Source: Lingula anatina (taxonomy: Eukaryota > Animalia > Brachiopoda). From it: DNA of 64,000 nt. The DNA is taken from positions 1,798,001 through 1,862,000 of the forward strand of contig CM120642.1 of NCBI GenBank assembly GCA_051362555.1. Direction: 5' to 3'. Every line of letters starts with the position of its first letter. Position 1 is the first letter of the stretch. The notes under the pieces were generated by a model. The model ran no database searches. It was given only the letters and a program-made list of their open reading frames with translations, and was not told the DNA's origin. A program made the translations under genes and the position numbers. Of the stretch, positions 25,599-39,413 are shown piece after piece.

Positions 25599-27190
25599 AG
25601 AGGTCGCGAGAGGTTGTGCTTATTGATCGTTTTACTATTCACAAAGGCACACATTTACTTTTTAACATTCGGCAAAAAGCAATGATAAATTGTTTTTTTA
25701 TTTAATCATCTATAAAAACTTGTTTTTTAGACTTAAACTTATTGATATTTTATATTTTTTAAAAATAAAAAATATTTAAAAATATTGAGTCACGAAACAG
25801 ATACACAAGACATGCAAAAGTATAGGCCTACTGCCGAATAGCCAAACTGAGAAATATTTTAGATATGTCGAAAATATTCCGAATAGAACTGAATTAAGTG
25901 CTGTCCCTCCATGAAAATATTTAGCATTATGTTTAGCTTGTTATTTCTAAGACCCCATTTCCAGAGATTAGATCGATCTACTTTAGATCGACTTAACTCC
26001 CTGGGTGTTCACGCTAAATAGCTGTCAGCCGAGTGGACAAGAAAGTTAATTACCCCTTACAGCTTGTAGTAGGCGGGACGGACTTTTAAGCCGGATTATC
26101 TGACAGTAATCTAGTGAGACTCCCCGCGGGGATAGATCGATCTTAAAGCACTGGGAATACAGCCTAAGATCATGCTTAGCATTGTTCAGTTCACTTAAAA
26201 ATAATTCCTAAACTTATGTAATGCGAGTGGATCTGTGCAATTTGATTCGTTACAATTTGTAAGTACCGCACAATAGTGCTGCACTGAATCCACCTAAGAT
26301 AAGGAATTTGGAAATAAGGCGTCCCTCTCCCTGAATCCACCATTGTAGTGCGGCCGTCTTAGGCTTACATGTAATAAGAATTAATAAACTCGGGGTTTAT
26401 GTCAGTAGCGGTTCTTCTTTCTTCTTCTGCTGTGACGTTCACTTCTATTCAAACATATCACAAAAATGTTGCATATAAAGAGAATGAGCTATAAACTTAA
26501 TTCATTTTATTTCTGTACCGGTACATATGTACAAAGATTAACATGACTTTATGCATTTATTATGTTAACATAATAATAATTATACAGTATGTGAATGAGG
26601 AAATATATCTTTATAAAATGGACAGATGTGCTTCTTGGATTACAAATAAAATATGCTCTCTTAAAGGCGAGATGAAACTGCTTTGTGTGTTTACTGCAAA
26701 TTTATCAAAAATACAATTCATTCATCATACATTAACAATTATATGTAACATGATACGTACAGACCAATTAAAATATACAAGAAATATGCTAGGAGTCACA
26801 AAGTAGAACAGTCACTTCACTGATTTTCTTATATGGATTTATTATAAAATTGTAAAAGGGAGACTTTATTTTCTTTGTACTTTTGCTTTTATCTTATCAC
26901 TGTTAAACACTTTGTATGATTTACTTTCTGATAATACAACCTTGTATCAGCTTTTAGGGACACTTTAGTAAAGATTGTCTCTCAGTAAGTTTTATACATA
27001 GGGCATATATTGAAGTATGAAAAGGCATCCCTCTCCAATTGCCCCTTGAGTACACAGGCGACAAATTCTGTCACACCTTTCATTTTTCGGCATGGTGTGC
27101 CGCCCAGCTTGTATGTAAAAATTATTATCACTAAGACGTAGTTTAGCAAAGGTTAACCGTGGCGGAATTGCATTTCACATGGATGTCTGT

Positions 27191-27409
27191 CAGGCCTACC
27201 CAACTACTCGGCACATAAGGATCCTGAATTAACCGGAACATCATACCCCAGAACAAATTTTGTAGGACGGCCGCAGGCTCATCCTGTCGGTGTTCTGACT
27301 GATACTCCGAAATACGATCTGACACACACCTTGAAAACGGGTGGTGTGGTCCGATATACCGGTTAATTCAGGATCATTTTGTGCCGAGTCTGGTAGTTGG
27401 ATAGGCCTG
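27191..27409. mobile_element. MITE with long TIRs and 5-bp TSD (TCTGT) in the gene B 3' region
   Basis: CAGGCCTACCCAACTAC / GTAGTTGGATAGGCCTG termini; empty site in the gene A copy near 16355. Confidence 0.88.
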
Positions 27410-27910
27410 TCTGTTGTACTGCGTATAGTACAACTAAACTACAAGATATAACTATTCTAAAATACTTCAATACAGCTTTATATAACAAATCCACATTCGT
27501 GATTTTCGAATAAGTTGAAACCTACTGGTATTATTTCACACAAGACTATGAACAATAAATATGTTTTTATGTAGGCCTATAATGTGAATTATTCAAATAT
27601 TGCAGAATTTAATCAGAGGTAGCCTTACGATTAATAGTATAGCCAAACTATTCTATTCACCCATACAAATAAAATAAAAAATGTACTGTGAAGGTTAAAT
27701 ATATAGCGACCTTGTAAAATTGTTTGCAGACGCAAAGGTGATTTTAGATAGGGCTATTTCTAGCTTTTTTTAGCTTCATCAACGTATCAAGGCCACTGAC
27801 TAATGTAGCAGAGAGATGTACTTTATTAATTTCGTCACAACAGCGACCTGTAAGACTTTAAACACACCTGCTTTCTAATCAATCAAATCACAGTGACTGT
27901 GTAGCATGCC

Positions 27911-29763
27911 TTAATTATTTTGTGGCTTTTTCCGATTATTTTCATTGGCCAGTTGTACACTATACCAAGACCTCGTGCTTTCTGTAAAAGAAGAAACTAA
28001 AATTTTTCCGTCAGATGAAGTGAACATGGAAAGATCACCTCGTGCTGCTGCGACATTTTTTTCCTCCTGAATGTCTTCACCTTCAATTTCTGGATCAGAC
28101 AAGCTATGCAGAGAAGAAACAGTGGAGACAGTGGCTGTGGATTCCTTGGAGGACGCCTGCGACTCCTCTGTGACGTTATCGTCTGACGCCACGTTGTCGT
28201 CACCACGCATGCTCCCCGTGAGCACTGAGGCTAAAGTGATACTGCGATGTTCTCGGCTGCTCTCGGTCAGGTATGGAATAGACATACCTCCTTCCTCGCG
28301 GAAACCGAAACTTTCATGATGGCCACTATCTGGAAAAGTGAATCTTTAAGTATATATCGTATGTCGAGTCCTTGATACTTAAGGGATATCTGAATATCAG
28401 GAATGTCTCGTTTGTTGGATCATACCAAAGCATGTAAAAAACACTCAATGTTTTTTTTTCTGGACGCCCGGCCTCTGTGAAAATAAATGCTGTAATAGTT
28501 CAAATTCTATATCGTAAGTTTAGTTCTTAATACCAACATTTTCTCACCCAATATTTCGCAAATTTGAATCAATCACTGCACTTTGTGTATGTTTTTATTT
28601 GTTGCTTTGCTTGTACCTTTCAATTCATAAAACTATGACTTCAGTCTGTCTCAGTCTGTTTTATTTTACTTATATAACTGGATAGATTAATTAAAAAATA
28701 TAAACAAAAACATTCATATCTACTCCAACGCTATAATATTTACTTTAACCTACCGGTACTTACTTAGAGTAAGGACCTAATACCCACAAAATACTCGTTA
28801 ACATGTTTTTGGTTCTTTGTCCTTCGTGTTCAAATTAAACTTTAACCTAAAGGAAGTATTTGTCTGAAACAAGCTCCGTCTTTCTCTCAGATTGCTGCTT
28901 ATTTATCCTGGAACTTTTCAGTGCAAAACGTTAAACCAATTCTGCACTTATTTCTTAAAACAACCACCAGGGATTAATAAAACTACCTCTGACCTGAGCG
29001 TCTCAAGTGTGGTCTAGGCTGACTAGAGGCCGGCACGTATCTCTCTGGCGCTAGGTCCACATCCCTTGGTACATCCCTTGGAAATGTTTGTAAGGGAATA
29101 GGTTGAGGCAGCCGCTCGATCTGAAAACAAGATGTGTGTATTTTCATTTTATGAGCGTTCACAATGCACATGCAAGAGGAGGCTTACTTTCTGAGGCAGA
29201 ACGTCTGCTCTGGCTCCACTCCCTAACAAACTAATTAGAAAAACCGTTGATCTGGGATCGAAAAAGTCACTGCAAAGTGCCCACATCTTGTTTACCGCTT
29301 TTTTATATCACAGTTTTGTAAATTTTAACATACACATTTAAACATATCTCACACGATATTTCACAATATTAAATTTATCTTAAATTGTGGTACATGTACT
29401 ACATTCAAGTTTTCAAACACCTGTCACTTGTTTACGTGAAAAACTTTACATTAGTTTATATAGAATCTACACGATATTTCGCGGCATATGAAATAACAGT
29501 TCTGACTCTCTTACTCTTTCAATTGATCTTCCTCGGAACTCTTGGCTCTGGGAAATTTCCAGATACTCTGGGTCCTGAGGCTGGAGAGGGACACATTCCG
29601 CTGTAAAGATACATACATGTAGTCTAAGAAATCACGGTTTAGTCATAGCATATTATATATACATGCAGTATACCAGTGGCGGTTCTAGATGGGGAGGGGG
29701 TCAGGGGGGTCCTGACCATTTTTCGATTTCTGACAAAAAAAAAAAAAAAAACGCACAAAAAAA

Positions 29764-29856
<93 letters not shown>

Positions 29857-30249
29857 TGTGCGTTTTATATATATCTGAATCATGTTCTAAACCGTACAAA
29901 TTGGCGCCACTTTCCCTCCAAAACACCAATTTATTTCAAGGGCCCTCGAGCGTGCCCCAAACCTGACAATAATTTCGGTCGAATTGCGGTAATGTGCGCT
30001 TGACAGCAGCCAGGCCTCACCTGAGCTCCAATCTTTTTAAGAGTTTTAGACAGTTTGAACCAGAAATCAAATTTATGTAAAATACTGCTCCAAACTGTCT
30101 TATAAGTCTTGTTTTGGTCTTTTAGTTTATAATTTTTAGTTACTTTAAATACCTTATGATTTTATTTATGACACATTGTAAACTTCAACCTTTAGGTTGC
30201 GATTTTAGCAAATAAATTATTATAATAATTATACAAATATAAATTATAA

Positions 30250-30282
<33 letters not shown>

Positions 30283-33200
30283 TAGGAGGTAAGGGTCAGC
30301 CTCGCAATCCGAGGCCTGTCAATCCCTAAAAATCCCCCCCTTCAAAAAATTCTGGATCTACCCCTGTATACCATATAGAGGCCCTTCTCACGCGCTGCGG
30401 TAAATTTTAACCGGACCAGCCGTGTTTGAAAATTCTAGAAATTTGTCTAAATGGTTTGATGGATAATTGTCAAGATTAAACGTAGCTCATTTCAAAAATT
30501 CCATTACTTTTTTAACTTACGCTAACCAACTGACAAACCAACAAAAGCAAAACCACAGGCCCCCTTGACATGGCAGTAATGAGGTAAGCGCAATTAGCTG
30601 TTGCCAGTTGTCCCTGTGGGAAATTCAACAGGACCGGTTTTTTTAGGGTTGTAAAAGTCGCTGAACCTCCAAATTTTAAGACAGCCCATTTGAAAATCTT
30701 ATCAAATTTTTGAATGATTTTTTACGTCAGGCTGTTACATGTAACTAAATCAACAACAGTGCAACAAACGCAAAACCATAACCTCCTTGGCGATTACGGA
30801 GCTTTGTTAGTATCATATTGTATTTATTTTTAATTATATTTTATTTTATTTTATTTTATGGAATTTCCACCGCGGTGTAAATTATTTTTCACCGCGGTGA
30901 AAATTCCATAAAAAAACTTAAATGAAAATAAAAAAGTTAATATGATACACACAAAGCTCCGTAGGCGATGGCAATAATGGGTCAAGTCAAATGCAATACG
31001 TCTAAGAAATGGAGAAAAATTTCCAGTTGTTTTAACCCACCCATGTTGAAGCTGTCCAGAAGCCTCTCTTGTACTAGCACTATAGTAATCCGATTAAGAG
31101 TTGTACACCCGCCCTGTAAGACGAACTCTGCTATTGCCTCCAACATCCCCTTGCCTACCTCCTGGGGGTCCTGCCTGGCCGCTCCTGGACAGAGGTGGAC
31201 GGATATTTCAGAAAAAAATTATGTTAACAATAATCCAAAAACTGGAGTAATTGGAAATATTTTTCAGGTTTTATAATTTTATTTTTCACGAATTAAACTT
31301 AGTGCATTTTATAATTTACATTCTAAGATGATATTCAAACTCGCTAGAACAACATAACGATATAGATGGAATAAATGAAATTCAGCAGAAATGTGAATTA
31401 ACATGAAAAATAAAAAAATGTACAACCGTTTTGAAATAGAGAATTTACACAACCTGCCCACACTCTGTTCAACCCAGTGGTTTTTACCTGTGCCAAATGC
31501 GGGCATTGCAATAGATTGGGCTTCAAGGCGATTCGCTTCTTGCAACACTCTTATCGTTCTGTCCTTCCACGTGCCATTTGAAAAAATATCCAGGTGGATC
31601 ACGTGTTTGCAGTTCAGGTCACCGGGGTCACTGACCGCCAGGCCGTTGCTCCCTGTCCGACCTGTTGTGAATACGGACACAAGTGAAATGGCAATACTGC
31701 CACCTGTATGTACATGTATTAGAAACCATAACAATAAACTGAACATTACATAAAAGAGTCAAAGACACACATGTGCAGTATGATGAAATATCAATAGTTG
31801 ATTTGTTTCACTAGTATTAATTAAGAGGACGGAGAAGGGCACTGTGTTAAAGAGCGTGGTATAATTCAAAGAAGCTCGTGATCAACTATATCCGCTGTGC
31901 ATAAAAGTTTATTAAATATTTTGAAAAATAATTGATAAAGATAGCTTTTCTGTTAAAGTCTACTTTAAAGAATCTATAAGGAACTTAATAAGAAGATAAT
32001 GCAAGTGTTAAAACCTACCAACGCGTTTTCTAGATTCTTCATAGCCTCTTCCTCCGACTCTAGCTAGGGTACTGGCCAGTTCACCTGAAAATAAACACAA
32101 AAAACTTTTTGAATTATGTAACATACGTGATAATTGTGTGGCACATTGTGTGGCACACTTTAGCGATACAGATTAGCCATAAAATAATATAATAATATTT
32201 ATTTATGGTCTAAAATCCAAATAATATTTTCAGTAGACTTCACAAGGGTAAAATGAACAGAACAACATAAATAAATTCAATAAATAAATAAATAAATAGA
32301 CAATTAAAATATTTTAATATCTGAGAAGATATAAAACAAATAGTACAATGTAAAGATAACAGCCAGTTAAATCAGTTATGAAACTTTTTGAAAACAAAAG
32401 TGTTCAATTTTTTTTTAAATTGTCCTCAGACTCTATGGTTTTGAAGTATATCGAGAGAATGTTCCATTCATTTGGTCTATAGACTTGAAAAGCTGTTCTC
32501 AATCCTGGCATTATACGGCAGGAGCAAAAACTGGTCAAGTGATCTTAAACTACGTTTTGGAGCATAATGATGAACTTTTTTTTGTTAGTACCAGTACGGG
32601 GGTGCTGACTGGTAAAAAATTGCATGCATAAAAGTGAAAATTTTGAATAAAATGCGTGCTGTAACAGTGAGCCAGTCCAAGTGCCTAATACAACTTTGAG
32701 AGACTGACATCCCCAGGCTCTTAATTAACCTCTCCCCCCACCCACCCCATCCCCAACAGCAGGGATCGAACTTGTGAAAGTGAGTATAACTCCCCCCTGT
32801 CGCGTAAATACATGATAGAGTCCCTGAAAATGTATCGCTGAAGTATACATTGTACCTCGATGGGGCCGCTAGTAATCTGTAACTAAATTCTTTAATGGAT
32901 ATTATAGCTGAGGTGTCAGTTGGTGCCCCTAATTAAAATGCGTGCTCTAACAGTGATTAACACTAGAACGAAAAATGGCCTTTGCAACCTTAAAATTTAT
33001 CTGATATGAACCGACCTTCTTTTATCTACTTTATGACAGTGACCTTGTGCCTGATATCACTCATAATATGGACATGATTACACAGCAAATAAAACTGCAG
33101 GGAGGAAAAAATAATGAAAACTGTACCTTACCATGGTTTAAAGATATTCATTTGTGTAGAAAGGGTCTCGTTCTACGGGCTCTACTTTTAGAAATATTTG

Positions 33201-33562
33201 ATAATATGTAGATAAATCAATCATCCCTCTCTCTCTACGATTAATAAATTAATTGATTAATTAATTAATTTATTTATTCATTGATTGATTGATTGATTGA
33301 TAAACTCTTGGCACAGGGTCTAGCTCTACACTAAAGATTATGTGAGGATATCCATCCATATCTTTTCTGTGGCAATGGTAAAGGGTCTAGTTTAGTTAGA
33401 AGGTATAGCTCTACTCTGTTTACCTCCTTCCAGGTTGGACGTGCAGCTATTGCAGTAGACATCGGCATTCACTTCTGTCATGTCTTTAAGCACCACCACA
33501 ATGTCTGTAGTATTCAGTATCTGCTGCTGGTGGGCCAGGCCGCTTGGGGTCGCTCTTGCCAT
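27911..33562 (-). CDS. Gene B: macrodomain + degenerate PARP catalytic domain, paralogue of gene A, ~384 aa
   Basis: Exons 33562-33424, 32084-32019, 31661-31488, 31184-31041, 29600-29515, 29120-28994, 28329-27911 join in frame (1155 nt) with the same phases as gene A. Confidence 0.85.
29781..29848. repeat. (AT)n microsatellite inside a CAGTGGCGG MITE
   Basis: Direct read; a similar (TA)n tract lies at ~53130-53187. Confidence 0.95.
30795..30963. mobile_element. Fold-back MITE TACGGAGC...GCTCCGTA with 6-bp TSD GGCGAT
   Basis: Nearly fully palindromic; empty site in gene A near 21032. Confidence 0.88.
32175..32712 (-). mobile_element. L2-like LINE 3' fragment
   Basis: Minus-strand HLDWLTVTARILFKIF...SAPPY and YAPKRSLRSLDQFLL resemble the L2 ORF2 C-terminus; AT-rich tail; absent from gene A. 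Confidence 0.7.
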
Positions 33563-34541
33563 CTGAAATATTTAGTGAAGGCTTGTAGTCAGCAATTTCA
33601 AAACATATCCTGAAAATATGGGCTTTTTCAATGCTATGCATTGGCCAAATTGAGAAAGGACATACCTTGTGGAACCTAGATTAGTTTTTGATTAGGAGTT
33701 TACTCTTTCCGGTCAAAAAAGCAGTTCTGCCCCCCCTCCCCCCCCCTTTGGCGCATCCCACAAGTCATCTATATAATTGGCTATATAACTCAACCTGCAT
33801 TATAAGGGTGCCTATTGACCAGCTACTGGGGGTTTGGGGGGGGGGGGGTCAGGCCCATCTCTGCAACTTGGGGTATCAGAGTAAGATAAAAAAAAATGTG
33901 AAAGAAAAAAAATTGGCCTCTCCAAACGATGTGACATCTGTATTTCTCTTTTTAATACCATATAAATGTTCAGAGTTTAAGTTCAGCTCAAGAAATTGTA
34001 AACACCTACAGCATTGCGTTACCTATTGATACGATTAGCATCATTGAGTTGAATATATGAGACTGTCGTACCACCGGGATGGGGAAACTCATTGATTCTA
34101 CAAGACATAAACCTAAAAACAGGTAATTTAAATAGTAATAATAATCCGTACGTACCGTCTACTACTGATATACTATAACCCACAGTCTGTGACGTTAAAA
34201 GTCTTAAAATGCCACGCCAGATACCAGGAAAATCACATGTAGAATCGAAGCTGGGTCAATAAATATTTGTAAATTTGTTCGGTTACTGGTCACTGCTCTG
34301 GTTCAGTTGATTGCTCTTACTGTACCGAAGAGTCTGACGAGCCAGTAGGGTTGAAATAATTTGGCACAGACTGATACTATTCTAGTGATAACGTATTTTT
34401 CAAGTCACACATTGGAACATACGTTAAGAACATCGTCAACTAATTGGTTTTTGTATTATCTTGTGGAATATCGACGACATCATTATAAATCACTTACTGT
34501 TGTCTTTTCCCTTCCTCGATCTTTCCTGCCTGCGTTGTTTT

Positions 34542-34580
34542 GGTTTCAGTTTCTAGTCCCTAAATATAACTGGGACTTCC
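34542..34580 (-). promoter_or_regulatory. Putative gene B promoter: ISRE and kB-like motif
   Basis: GAAACTGAAACC (minus strand, 34542-34553), GGGACTTCC (34572-34580); conserved donor ACA|GTAAGT near 34497. Confidence 0.6.
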
Positions 34581-35215
34581 TGGTCATGTGATCAGTGCCA
34601 CGTCATCATGTGACTTCAGACGAGGTCATGCTTTTTGATCGTGTATATTCAGAGTAAATATTGCAATTGCATCAAGGCTGATATTTACTTTCAACATTAG
34701 GGTAAAAACAAACGACAAATTTGTTTTCTTTATCCCTTCATAAAAATGCGTTTTTTCAAGAGAAAGCTATAGTAGGCCTATAACCAATGTTTGATATTTA
34801 AATTTAATTTTTTGAGTAATGAAACATATCGATACACGTAGGCCCCTACACGTAGCCTACATGTAGGCACAAATGAAAAAGGTCCTGTCGAAAAGTAAAA
34901 TTGAAGAAACAGAAGTATTTAGATTTTTTTCGGATATTCATTGACGGACCTGAAATAATGAATTATATACTGTAAGTAATATTTATGTGAATATAGATAT
35001 CTTTTAAAAATTGTATCAGCTATGATTGTGCAGCAATGAGGGCCTCCACCCCTACTGGGTACATGCTGTTGACTTGATACAAAAACCTGCGGTGTGACGA
35101 GGAAAAATCTATTGCAGACAATGGTAAAGAATGGCAAGAAAAGTTGGCTATGTCAACAACTTTTGAATCAGTAGGAAAGGTGTCATTGAGAGAGTTCTTG
35201 GAAATAAAGTAGAGC

Positions 35216-37098
35216 GGGAGTTTCCCAGCATACATCACCATACAGTGTAAAAGAAAGTGGTGTGATATTTCCTTTTAAGGACATGAACATCTACGATGCT
35301 GGAAGAAAAAAAACAAACGTAAACAAGCTACCAAAGGGTCTGCACCTGAGGAAAAAGGGAGGAAAGACAACGATTTTACTACGAAGAAAAAGACTGCCAT
35401 CCTTCATCTGAAGGTAAGTTGGTCTAGCCATTTTGCAACTATACCTTCCCTCTTCAAATGGAAACGACAATATTATAATTCATAAAATTAATTTTTCCGT
35501 ACTTTGTTCTTTTTTTTTTTTTTTGCTTATTAGAAGAGTAAAACAAAAGAATCAACTACAGAAGGAAATACAAGTTATAAAACCGACTCCTAAAGGCAAA
35601 TGTGAAGACAATGCGAAACGGGGGTTGAGAAAATTCCACACTTGATTTTTTTTAAATTAAAATTGATTTTTCCTAAATGGCTTAATGCCCGACCTTTCAT
35701 AAAAATGCTCGACATAAGCCAAACAGAATTGTTACCCGTGTTGAAGGCTTGTCGCGCCGCCTACAGGATATAATTGCAGTACGCGGTAGACGCACACGCT
35801 GATAGGCACGTGACCTTTAACGAGCACACCCTAATGCTAATTGTGTGTGAATTTGGTGACATTTGATGGCGTCTTTTCAATTCAATAGACATTTTTTCAC
35901 ATCTGTAGAAGTCACAGTGAAACAGTGGATTTGAGGGGGTACCTCTTATAAATTTTACTAAATGGTATAAAATATGTATATTTTCACCACTATTTTGAAT
36001 TATTTTAACCATTATCATGTTAGACATGGTATCTGTAATAAAAAGCAGTTTTTCTAAGAATTTACAGCTGTGAGGTGATCATTTGTAAATAAAAGTACAG
36101 GGAAATGGGGGTGGGACAACCTTTTTGACCAATGTTGTATAAGCTTAAGCTGTATTTCTTTCGTCAGAATGATTATTGAGCATTAAAAGAAACACAATAG
36201 GATATTTTCAACATGAAAAAATACCAGTTTCGGATCCAATAACATTAGACAAATTGAGACAGTTTCAGATTTGGTAATAGATTAGGAGTTTCCCATTGTC
36301 AATTCTATGTCATATTTTCTTTTTATTATTCGGACACCTGAGTCACGGTTAAATAAGAAACGAGAAGTGATAACAACTAAAGGTATCCTACACCCGGAGA
36401 AGAATTGAATGATAACAAACTGATCTGACGATTAAAGAAAGCACTATTCTTCATCGAAGGTAAGCTTATCTGTTGGTCGCAGAACACAAGGCATATAACT
36501 TAAATTCCTTTGAAACTTTGCGTCTTGTTGCGTCTGCATCAAGGCAGATATTTTCTTTTCACTTTGGGGTAAATGTAAAGACGTTGTTTAATGCGAAACG
36601 GGGGCTGAAAACTTCCAAACTTGAATATTTTTCCAATTGATTTTTCCTAAATGGCTTAAGCCCCACCTCTTATATTAACAAATTGGTGAATCGGTGAATG
36701 TGTGTAAGTTAAGTAAGTGGCCAATCTATTTACCCAGAAACGCAACAAGGTGGTGCAACGCGATAAAAGGCTCTTAAGCTGTACTTTTCTCCTTCGCCAC
36801 AATGATTATTAAGGATGAAAAAAACACCATTGGATATTTTCATCATGAAAAAAATCCCACTTTCGGATCCAATAGCAATAGACAAATTGAGATCTTGGAT
36901 TTGTTAATCGATCGGGAGTTTCCCATGGTCAATTCTATTACTGTGAAGTAGCGCCATATTTTTCATAATACGGACAACTGCGTCGCAGTAAAATAAGAAA
37001 CGAAAACTGACAACAAAAGGTATCCTACACCTGAAGAAGAATTGAATAATATCAAACAGTTCTGACGATAAGAATACTATTCTTCATTGAAGGTAAGC
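35216..37098 (+). promoter_or_regulatory. Three repeated modules (NF-kB motif + putative non-coding first exon) upstream of gene C
   Basis: GGGAGTTTCC(C)-type sites at 35216, 36285, 36914, each ~175-200 nt before CTTCATn(n)GAAG|GTAAG donors (35414, 36460, 37093); GAAACGAAAACT at 36997. Confidence 0.55.
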
Positions 37099-39207
37099 TT
37101 ATCTGTTGGTCGCATAACACAATGCATATAAAAAGTTATCTTAATATATAACTGAACTTACAATTTTGTCTAGTTGAAAACGTTGCGCCTCGTTTCGTCT
37201 GTATCAAGGCAGATATCTACTTTCAACATAAGGGTAAAAATAATCGATAAATTAGTTTTCTCTAACCCTTCGTAAATCTATGTAGGTATGTCTGGTAATA
37301 TATTTCAATAATTTTGTATGTATTCGGCTGGATGACTAACATACATTACTTCGGTGTAATTCTGCATCTAATTCGTAAGGCGTAAATTTTCGCTCTGTAG
37401 GAAATTACTGCTTTTATTCAACAGCTCTTCCGTTATCAAGTGGTAACGAGAATAATATGTTTTCTTTTGTTTTTCACATTAACAAATAAAGTTTCAATTG
37501 GTGAGTAGAGGAGGGATCACCTAACTGAATCAGTACACCTGATAGGTGGTAACATCTACCGCAGCCCTCATTCTGTCAGCAGACGAAATATTTTCAAGTG
37601 TTTAAGAAAGGAAGTCTTACTTTGTTTAAACACTGTCGTTTTTTGTATGCATTTTATGTATATATTACAATGAAGGTAAATAAGAGAATGAGCAGCTACT
37701 CTGGTCATCAAAATCGCCACATTTGAACCGCATAGACAATATGTGGGTAAGCCATTACTCGCCGAATAAACTGCCTACATCAAAACTGGGCCAAATTGGA
37801 CAATTTTGGACCGATGCCTGGAATAATATTCCAGATTGAACTCTAAAAACCTATCCCAAGGAATACCTTGCCGCTTGAGAGCGCTGGTAACAATAATTTA
37901 ACATTATTGTTACCATTAAATTATGTACATCTTTAAATGGTAACAATAATTTAACATTAGGTAAAATTATTTACTACATACTGTATATTAAACGGCACAC
38001 GTCACGTAGACCCGCCTCTCAAAAGATGCTTTACCGAGCTTAAATCTGACACAGGATATATACACCTTATCATAGGTAAAATAAAAAACATTTTTCGCTT
38101 TTGAATTTCAACCGACCACCAAAAGGGACAAGGGACCAGTGACGCTTCTCCATTGACAGGCGTGTGATGACAACATGTAGGCCTACCGAGTTGAAACAAT
38201 TCTCTCAAACTTCTTAACATTCATAGCCGTATAAATGTCTGAGACGGTGAGGTCAGGATTAATCTCTCTCTACAATACAGCCTTACAATTTTGAGACACA
38301 CGAAGTGGGCTTTTTTACAGTTCGATATTTCAACTTCCCCATGATTATTATGGTGCAAAACACCGCTTAGGTATTTGAATGTGTTTGGATAAGCCATGTA
38401 AATAAAAGTGGGTCATCAAATACGTTTTCTCGCTGTTCAAGACCCTTTACCATGAAGATATCCTAAGCGACTTTTACGAAGGCTTCCGTGTCGTCAGAGG
38501 TCGTCCCTTTTACGTCTAGCAGTGTAATTACCTTTACGTGACCTCTACCAGTTAAGCGCTAAATATTATATACCCGTCCATGAAAAATATTGAAAAATTG
38601 TTGAATCTATAATACGCCATTTAACTACGAATGGGAAATCGAGAATTTTATCAACAAATAAGACACATTTCGTAATGTTTGGTTTTTTTCTACCATATAC
38701 CTTCCAACTGTTGAAGACTGAGTAAAGATAAAATAAAATAATCTAACATGTAGGCCTACCGTGCGTACTATATGCACTACCAACGAAGGACACGCACAGT
38801 ACACATTCATAATCACATGAACATAAACATTTACTACATTCTGCCTGGGTCACAGATTGATTTTTTCACTAGATATTCACTCTGGCTAATCAATGAGTTA
38901 CATATTTAGCTCACTGGCCTAATTCATGACATGATTTTCTGTTCTCGCGTTGGAGAAACGTGCACATAATTGATCTACGACCCTGGTATAGGGTAAACAT
39001 ACTTATAATGCTACAAACAATTTTTGCTCTGTTTAATAATTACATGAACAGTTTTATGGCGAAGGGAGTCACTGGGATATTCGACACAGGCAATGATAAT
39101 AATGCGATAAGGCTAATAAATTATGATAATGTAATTGAAATTAATTGAAAAGAAAGATGTAATTATTTAAGGTGGGGGTGCAAATGCGCCACACACAAAA
39201 AAAATAA

Positions 39208-39254
<47 letters not shown>

Positions 39255-39413
39255 CACAGCCGCCAAATAATAAAGTCCCAGGCTATTGAGTGCATTCATT
39301 CATTTTCAATTTTTTTCTTTAGAGGTATACCTCCTCTCTACATTTACAAGGAGAATGCAAGTACAATCATAACAGCAATGGTGTATTAATAGTAATCTCT
39401 CTTGTGTCCATAG

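Larger units (their letters stand above)
15630..34760. repeat. Tandem segmental duplication (~15.6-25.8 kb versus ~26.4-34.8 kb) producing genes A and B
   Basis: Collinear similarity across 3' UTR, exons, introns and promoter, interrupted by copy-specific TE insertions. Confidence 0.92.

Noticed and set aside
29639-29966. IYIYIY ORFs (also 53109-53309)
   Set aside because: (AT)n microsatellite artefacts.
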